Source: a virus (Duplodnaviria > Caudoviricetes). Taken from it: 40,695 nt of DNA. The notes under the pieces were generated by a model that searched no databases, was not told the origin of the DNA, and was given only the letters and a program-made list of their open reading frames with translations. Both the position numbers and the translations under genes were made by a program. The stretch spans positions 1 through 40,695 of IMG/VR virus record IMGVR_UViG_3300030330_000985; one strand, 5' to 3'. Of this stretch, positions 35,089 through 40,695 are shown in pieces (position 1 is the first letter of the stretch; each line of letters starts with the position of its first letter).

Positions 35089-35912
35089 TGGCTGAAGTTG
35101 TAAAGAAACAAGGGGGAGCACTTGTAAACGCTTCATTTGAAGAAATGTCTGGTTTAGGTTTTGCAGAAACTACAACTCAAGATATGTCTATACCTTTTTT
35201 AAGAATACTTGGAGCACAAAGCCCACAAGTTGATGAGTCTGATGGTGCTTACGTTGAAGGTGCAAAAGGAGGTATGCTATATAATACAGTTACAAATACA
35301 GTAACTTCAGGTAAAGAAGGAATGTTAGTTGTGCCGTGTTACTATAACAGACGGTATGTTGAGTGGAAGCCAAGAACAGAGGGTGGTGGTTATGTAGCTA
35401 GTTATTTACCAGATGACCCAATCGTGTCTACGGCAGTACGCAATGATAAAAACGAAGAAGTTTTGCCAAATGGTAACTTGTTGACAAACACTGCTCAACA
35501 TTTTGTAATGCTTGTGGAAGGTGACCAATACAGTAGGTGTCTAATAACAATGTCTAGTACACAATTAAAAAAGTCAAGACGTTGGTTATCACAAATGAAC
35601 GCTATGACAGCTATGGGTAAGAATGGACCATACACTTTACCAATGATGTCTCAGTTCTACACCTTAACAACTGTGCCTGAGCAAAATGATTTAGGTAAAT
35701 GGTATGGTTGGGCTATCGCTCGTGAAAGGCAACTAGATTTATCTAACGACTTTGAAAAAAGTTTGTTTGACAATGCAGTTGCTTTTGCAAAGTCTGTTGA
35801 AGCTGGAGAGGTAGAAGCAAAAGAAGTTTCGCCTGACCCTACTCCAGAAGACTTACCACCAATTAAAGATGCACCAAAGCAAACTGCAGAAGTTGATGGT
35901 GACCCTTTCTAA
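35088..35912 (+). CDS. Single-stranded DNA-binding protein (putative)
   Basis: DMSIPFLRIL...SPQV and MSSTQLKKSRRW, with an acidic C-terminal tail ending DGDPF typical of SSBs. Confidence 0.65.
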   Translation: MAEVVKKQGGALVNASFEEMSGLGFAETTTQDMSIPFLRILGAQSPQVDESDGAYVEGAKGGMLYNTVTNTVTSGKEGMLVVPCYYNRRYVEWKPRTEGGGYVASYLPDDPIVSTAVRNDKNEEVLPNGNLLTNTAQHFVMLVEGDQYSRCLITMSSTQLKKSRRWLSQMNAMTAMGKNGPYTLPMMSQFYTLTTVPEQNDLGKWYGWAIARERQLDLSNDFEKSLFDNAVAFAKSVEAGEVEAKEVSPDPTPEDLPPIKDAPKQTAEVDGDPF

Positions 35913-35916
35913 GAAC

Positions 35917-36012
35917 ACTTGATATTGTAGCAATGGGATTAGGACAATATTAAGTTAGAAGCCACAATGCCTCCTTTCTGTGTTACTCATGGGTTGTGGC
36001 TTCGTTTTCTTT
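35917..36012 (+). ncRNA. Two-hairpin element with an anti-Shine-Dalgarno loop and U-rich tail
   Basis: Stem 1 pairs 35917-35928 with 35944-35955. Stem 2 pairs 35958-35967 with 35994-36003, has CCTCCTTTCT (35970-35979) in its loop, and is followed by gttttcttt. Confidence 0.5.
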
Positions 36013-36021
36013 GGAGAGGTT

Positions 36022-37539
36022 ATGGAGTTAGCAGAAAAGTTATTTAAATTATTTGAAGGTAATAAACGAGCCTACGGTGTTGTTGACCTCGATGAAAACG
36101 GTAGTGGTAAAAAGACTGGTGTATATAAGATAATTAAAAAGCCTCCTGAAGTACAACACTGGATTGACCATTTAAATGGTAAACAAGGTCTAGGTATTAT
36201 ACCTATTATGGATGATAATACTTGTTTATGGGGTGCAATAGATGTTGATAATTACCAAGTAGACCACAAGAATTTAGTTGAAAGATTACGTAAAGAAAGA
36301 ATTATAGGTTGGGTCGCAAGAAGTAAATCAGGTGGAGCCCATATATATTTCTTTTTTAAAGAACCTATAAAAGCATCTACAGTAAAAAATAAACTTGCAG
36401 AGATTGCGTCAGGATTAGGGCAAGCTGAAGGTGAGGTGTTTCCCAAACAATCAGAAATATTAGTGGAGCGTGGCGACACTGGCAACGGATTAAACATGCC
36501 TTACTATAAAGGCAAGATGAGTACACGGTCTGTGTATGATCTTAAAACGCTAGATGTATTATCACCTGAGGACTTTGTAAAAAAAGCCTCACAATATAAA
36601 ATAGGTAAACAACAGTTTACTGATTATAAGATAAATGCCAATCAAGACAATCATTTGCCCGATGGACCTCCTTGCCTTCAACACTTATGCAGTATGGGTT
36701 TTGGCGAAGGGTCACGCAACAATGCTCTATTTAATTTAGGTGTTTACGCTCGTATGTTTGACGCTGATAACTGGGAGGCTTTGATACAAAGATATAATCT
36801 AGAGTATTTAAAACCATCGCTTTCACATGCTGAAGTTGGAGCAGTAATCAAGCAGTTGCAACGCAAAGATTACTTTTATAAATGTGAAGACCAACCTATA
36901 AAACCTTTTTGTAATAAAGAAGTTTGTGTCACACGCAAGCATGGTGTTGGACCAAACGGTGTGCAAAACAGTATGTCAGCTCTTACAAAAATAGATGGTG
37001 ATCCACCTATCTGGATTTTAAATGTGGATGGACAAAGGTTAGAGTTAAGCACGGATGGATTAGTTTCACAAACACGATTCCAAAAAGATTGTGTGTCACA
37101 GATAAATAGATTACCAAGAACAGTAAGTCAAAACGCTTGGCAGACAAGAATACAGTTATTGTTGGATAGTTTAACTATTGTAGAAGTGCCACCAGATGCT
37201 ACTATTAAAGGTGAGTTTGAAGATTTACTGCATTCCTTTTGTAGTGAAAGAGCAAGGGGTGTGGAACGTGAAGATATTTTGCAAGGAGTTGCAGTGTGGA
37301 TGGATGGATTAGTTTTCTTTCAAGTTAAAGATATTAAAAAACATCTTTCAGTAAATGATTTTAACCATTACTCTTCTTCTAAAATAACTTTACGATTACA
37401 GAATATAGAGGCTGATAAAATGTTTTGGCGAGTCAAAGGCAAGGGGATACATGTGTGGTCGTTACCACAAGAGTACTTTGAAACAGATGATGAGCCTATG
37501 AAGTTACCTGATATACCTAAACAAGAAGATGTGATATAA
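36022..37539 (+). CDS. Archaeo-eukaryotic primase (AEP/PrimPol) with a PriCT/PriL-like C-terminal domain
   Basis: WGAIDVD (DxD), RSKSGGAHIYF (SxxxxH), GNGLNMPY and GPPCL...GSRNNALFNLG. Start placed at ATG 36022 behind GGAGAGG. Confidence 0.8.
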   Translation: MELAEKLFKLFEGNKRAYGVVDLDENGSGKKTGVYKIIKKPPEVQHWIDHLNGKQGLGIIPIMDDNTCLWGAIDVDNYQVDHKNLVERLRKERIIGWVARSKSGGAHIYFFFKEPIKASTVKNKLAEIASGLGQAEGEVFPKQSEILVERGDTGNGLNMPYYKGKMSTRSVYDLKTLDVLSPEDFVKKASQYKIGKQQFTDYKINANQDNHLPDGPPCLQHLCSMGFGEGSRNNALFNLGVYARMFDADNWEALIQRYNLEYLKPSLSHAEVGAVIKQLQRKDYFYKCEDQPIKPFCNKEVCVTRKHGVGPNGVQNSMSALTKIDGDPPIWILNVDGQRLELSTDGLVSQTRFQKDCVSQINRLPRTVSQNAWQTRIQLLLDSLTIVEVPPDATIKGEFEDLLHSFCSERARGVEREDILQGVAVWMDGLVFFQVKDIKKHLSVNDFNHYSSSKITLRLQNIEADKMFWRVKGKGIHVWSLPQEYFETDDEPMKLPDIPKQEDVI

Positions 37540-39056
37540 TGAAAATTGTAGTTGGACCTCCTGGAACTGGAAAGACTACAAAGCTATTATCATTAGTAGA
37601 ACAATATCTAGCTTCTGGAGTGCCTCCAGATAAAATTGGTTATTTTGCTTTTACGAGAAGAGCAGCGAACGAAGCGATTGAAAGAGCATGTGAAAAATTT
37701 AAATTAGTAAAGCGTGACTTACCTTATTTTAGAACACTTCACAGCCTAGCATTTATGCAGATAGGTATAAGTCACTCACAGATACTTACACAAAGTAAGT
37801 ATAAAGAAATATCTGACTGGCTCAAGATTGGTAACTTTTATGGTCAGATGGATCAAGCCGATAGCCCATTCAAAGATTATGGTTACGGTGATAAATTTTT
37901 AGAGATTATAAATATGTCTAGAATTTTACAACAACCTCTCCGTTCTGTTTACAACTCTTCTACTGTGCCATTACGCACAGATTGGTCAAGAGTGGATTAT
38001 GTAAATCGTGGGTTACAAAAATGGAAACAAGTGTATGACTTATATGATTATACAGATATGTTAGAATCATTTTGTAAAAGAGAGTTATCGCCAAGACTAG
38101 AGGCTGTGTTTATTGATGAAGCACAAGACTTATCACCACTTCAGTGGCAAATGGTTCATCAGTTACAAAACAATACTAAAGAAATATATGTAGCAGGAGA
38201 TGATGACCAAGCTATATTTAGGTATGCTGGAGCAGATGTGGATTACTTTATAAACTTGGATGGAGAGGTTACTGTCTTGAATCAAAGTTATAGGATACCA
38301 TCTTTACATCATAAGTTAAGCCAGAGTGTGATTAGTAAAGTCGTAGGTAGAAGACAAAAAGCATTCTTGCCAAGAGCAGAACAAGGTACAGTCAACTGGT
38401 ACAGACACTCAGAGATGGTTGACATATCGGATGGAGACTGGTTATTGTTAAGTAGAACGACTCGTGGTGCTAAACAACTTGAGGAAGAAGTAAGAAGGCG
38501 AGGACATTTATATGTCTATAATGGAAGCAACTCGATTGATAATAAAGTTTTGGAAGCTGTAAGACTCTGGGAAAAATTAAGGTCAGGTGAAAGATTGCGG
38601 ATGGAACAAGTAAGAGTCGTTTACAAACAAATGTTATTAGGAAAACAAGTAGAGTATGGACATAAGACTTTACCCAAAGCGAAAGAAGGTGAATTTTACA
38701 GTCTACAAGATTTAAAAGACTTTCATGGATTATTACATAATCTTCCTTGGGATGAGGGATTAGGTAAGATAGCTGAGTCGGATAGGCGATATATTAAGGC
38801 TTGTCTTCGTAAGGGTGAATCATTAACAGCGACACCACGCATAAGGATATCTACTATTCATTCTGCAAAAGGAGCTCAGGCTACGAATGTTCTAATGCTG
38901 ACAGATACAATGCGTCGATCATATTCTATGTGGCGAAGGTTTGATAATGCACACTATGATGAAGCTAGGGTCTTTTATGTTGGTTTAACTAGAGCAATAA
39001 AAAATTTACACTTGATACAACCCATGTATTCACAAGGATACTCCATACCAAACTAA
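37539..39056 (+). CDS. UvrD/Rep-like SF1 DNA helicase
   Basis: GPPGTGKT, FRTLHS, IDEAQD, GDDDQAIF, QSYR, STIHSAKG and YVGLTRA. Confidence 0.9.
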   Translation: MKIVVGPPGTGKTTKLLSLVEQYLASGVPPDKIGYFAFTRRAANEAIERACEKFKLVKRDLPYFRTLHSLAFMQIGISHSQILTQSKYKEISDWLKIGNFYGQMDQADSPFKDYGYGDKFLEIINMSRILQQPLRSVYNSSTVPLRTDWSRVDYVNRGLQKWKQVYDLYDYTDMLESFCKRELSPRLEAVFIDEAQDLSPLQWQMVHQLQNNTKEIYVAGDDDQAIFRYAGADVDYFINLDGEVTVLNQSYRIPSLHHKLSQSVISKVVGRRQKAFLPRAEQGTVNWYRHSEMVDISDGDWLLLSRTTRGAKQLEEEVRRRGHLYVYNGSNSIDNKVLEAVRLWEKLRSGERLRMEQVRVVYKQMLLGKQVEYGHKTLPKAKEGEFYSLQDLKDFHGLLHNLPWDEGLGKIAESDRRYIKACLRKGESLTATPRIRISTIHSAKGAQATNVLMLTDTMRRSYSMWRRFDNAHYDEARVFYVGLTRAIKNLHLIQPMYSQGYSIPN

Positions 39057-39080
39057 ATGCTCAAAAAGAGTATGCGACGA

Positions 39081-39110
39081 TTTACAGTTAGGTATCACAC
39101 TATATATTAT
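39081..39110 (+). promoter_or_regulatory. Sigma70-like promoter
   Basis: TTTACA (39081-39086), 18-nt spacer, TATTAT (39105-39110), in an intergenic gap. Same -35 and spacer as the promoter at 7915. Confidence 0.45.
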
Positions 39111-39144
39111 AAGCATAACGCAAACAAACTACGAAAGGTTTATT

Positions 39145-39459
39145 ATGTCGCAGTTATATGTAAACAAAGAGCTACTTATTAAGCTCAACAATAGGGCAAT
39201 TAGGCGTAAGTCTAACAGAAGCCTTGTTGTAAAAAAATTGCAGGAATTACCTAACACCCTTGCAGATATTGGGTTTGAAGGTGATGATGCTACCGACCTT
39301 GTGCGTTATCCCGTAACACAAGCACTACCTCACAATGATGTGGAGATGCGTGTTTGTTTTGCAACGCACGAGGGTAAACAAATGTGGCTAGATATTAGTT
39401 TTAAGGAGTACGACAGCCTCCCACAACTAGACCTAGCTACTAACAATGATGTGCAGTAA
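39145..39459 (+). CDS. Hypothetical protein
   Basis: 104 aa; GAAAGG RBS. Confidence 0.65.
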   Translation: MSQLYVNKELLIKLNNRAIRRKSNRSLVVKKLQELPNTLADIGFEGDDATDLVRYPVTQALPHNDVEMRVCFATHEGKQMWLDISFKEYDSLPQLDLATNNDVQ

Positions 39460-39470
39460 AGGAGGTTTAT

Positions 39471-40499
39471 ATGGCTCACATGGTTGAAACTATGGCTTAT
39501 GCAGGACAAGTTCCTTGGCATGGTCTAGGTAATAAAGTCGACGCTAACTTATCCCCTGAGGAAATGTTAGTCGCCGCTGGACTTGACTGGACTGTGTCCA
39601 AGCGTCCATTCTATTTTGCTGATAAGCCAAATACTTGGGACTTAAATGACCCACGAGGTGAAGCAAAATTACTCAAGGCAGATAAGCATTTTGCTATTGT
39701 GCGTGACACTGACAATAGGGTGTTGTCACATTGTGGTGAGGCTTTTGTGCCATTCCAAAATAGTGAAACAATGTCGTTTTTCAAAAAGTTTACCGAAGCA
39801 GGACACATGCAAATGGATACTGCAGGAAGTTTATCAGACGGTGAACGTGTTTGGGGTCTTGCTAAAATTAAAAAAGGTTTTAAGTTAGCAGGAGGCGATG
39901 AAATAGAAGGCTACTTACTTATGGCTAACAGTCACAAGGTAGGTTCTGCTATGACTATTATGTTTACACCTATCAGGGTTGTTTGTAATAACACGATAAC
40001 TCTGGCACTTAATCAAGACGGTATCACTGGCAAGTTCCGTATGTTACATTTACAAATGTTTGATGAAGAGGTTATGCGTTCTGCTGAACAAGCACTGGGC
40101 ATATCTGGCGAGCAAATGAAAGTGTTCCAGGAACAATCAGAGTTCCTTGCTAGTAAGCGAGCAAAGCAAGAACAAATTGATAACTACATTGCTGAGATGC
40201 TACAGCCGAAGTTACTTATTGAAAGGGCAAAGGCTGACGGTCTCGACCAACCACTATTACACGAGCAGTTTACTAATACTTCTGAGCTTGTAAGACAAGC
40301 TATTGAAACAAGTCCTGGAAGTAATATGCAATCTGCAAAGGGTACTTGGTGGGGTGTTCTCAACGGTCTTACTTATGTTATGGACCACCAGAAAAAAGCT
40401 ACTACCCAAGACAACAGACTTACTTCCTCATGGTTTGGTGGTAATGCTGTCCTCAAGCGTAAGGGTCTAGCAAAAGCCTTGGAGTATGCAAAGGCTTAA
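39471..40499 (+). CDS. DUF932 / phage-plasmid-like protein (TIGR03299-type)
   Basis: MAHMVETMAYAGQVPWHGLG, AGLDWTV, TAGSL..G.RVW.LA, TPIRVVCNNT and GTWWGVLNGLT; AAGGAGG RBS. Confidence 0.85.
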   Translation: MAHMVETMAYAGQVPWHGLGNKVDANLSPEEMLVAAGLDWTVSKRPFYFADKPNTWDLNDPRGEAKLLKADKHFAIVRDTDNRVLSHCGEAFVPFQNSETMSFFKKFTEAGHMQMDTAGSLSDGERVWGLAKIKKGFKLAGGDEIEGYLLMANSHKVGSAMTIMFTPIRVVCNNTITLALNQDGITGKFRMLHLQMFDEEVMRSAEQALGISGEQMKVFQEQSEFLASKRAKQEQIDNYIAEMLQPKLLIERAKADGLDQPLLHEQFTNTSELVRQAIETSPGSNMQSAKGTWWGVLNGLTYVMDHQKKATTQDNRLTSSWFGGNAVLKRKGLAKALEYAKA

Positions 40500-40507
40500 C
40501 TTCCTCG

Positions 40508-40536
40508 GGTAGAGCACAATGTTATTGTGTTCTACC
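40508..40536 (+). terminator. Hairpin after the DUF932 gene (terminator or processing stem)
   Basis: 13-bp stem ggtagagcacaat / attgtgttctacc with one G-U pair and a 3-nt loop; weak U tract. Confidence 0.5.
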
Positions 40537-40586
40537 TATCCCTTGTTAATATTAATTATGTAAACTTTTATAGAAAGGGAAGTTTT

Positions 40587-40695
40587 ATGGATACATTAAC
40601 AAAGCAGATCTACGATGCTATAAAAGGCGTAGACAAAAATGCTTTTTGGGACGTGTTTGGTGATGCTCATACAATATTTGCACCATCAGCGTTTA
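40587..40695 (+). CDS. Hypothetical protein, 3'-truncated
   Basis: ATG behind AGAAAGGGA; MDTLTKQIYDAIKGVDKNAFWDVFGDAHTIFAPSAF is open to the window end. Confidence 0.55.
   Translation, partial: MDTLTKQIYDAIKGVDKNAFWDVFGDAHTIFAPSAF

Noticed and set aside
35938-35990. Minus-strand AGAAAGGAGG read as an RBS for an antisense gene
   Set aside because: The following GTG opens only about 8 codons; an anti-SD role on the + strand explains it better.
35980-36021. Track start of the primase at 35980 (likewise 34516 and 33946 for neighbouring genes)
   Set aside because: Downstream ATGs at 36022, 34543 and 33916 have properly spaced RBSs; the extensions overlap a hairpin, the upstream gene or the intergenic control region.
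1-40695. Alternative genetic code, integrase/att site, introns or inteins
   Set aside because: Genes tile densely under the standard code with all three stops in use, and no integrase, homing endonuclease or intein motifs were seen.

Overview
The window is a contiguous part of an AT-rich tailed dsDNA phage genome with podovirus-like organisation, probably a marine phage of a low-GC alphaproteobacterium. From recall, the MAIARSQLLKELEPGLNALFG capsid plus GroES arrangement resembles the HTVC023P/vSAG 37-F6-type group; this is not verified. Positions 1-32407 form one + strand morphogenesis/lysis region: portal (5'-truncated), holin-like genes, GroES, scaffold, capsid and decoration proteins, two clusters of tiny Lys/Arg-rich proteins, adaptor/tail proteins, a sialyltransferase-like gene, three fibre proteins, four ejection proteins and a lysozyme. 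A - strand SNF2 helicase follows, then a divergent + strand replication module (SSB-like, AEP primase, UvrD-like helicase, DUF932). No rRNA, tRNA, CRISPR, integrase or IS element was seen. The main leads are: (1) about nine protamine-like microproteins plus a recurring hydrophobic-x-x-G-G motif shared with an ejection protein, suggesting a core-condensation/processing system; (2) tandem amicyanin-type copper sites inserted into a 22-aa-repeat fibre; (3) two structured non-coding elements in the replication region, one showing a 16S anti-Shine-Dalgarno loop; (4) strong avoidance of GCWGC, and apparently GGCC and GCGC; (5) two split or frameshifted structural genes. All family assignments come from motif recognition by eye, not database searches.
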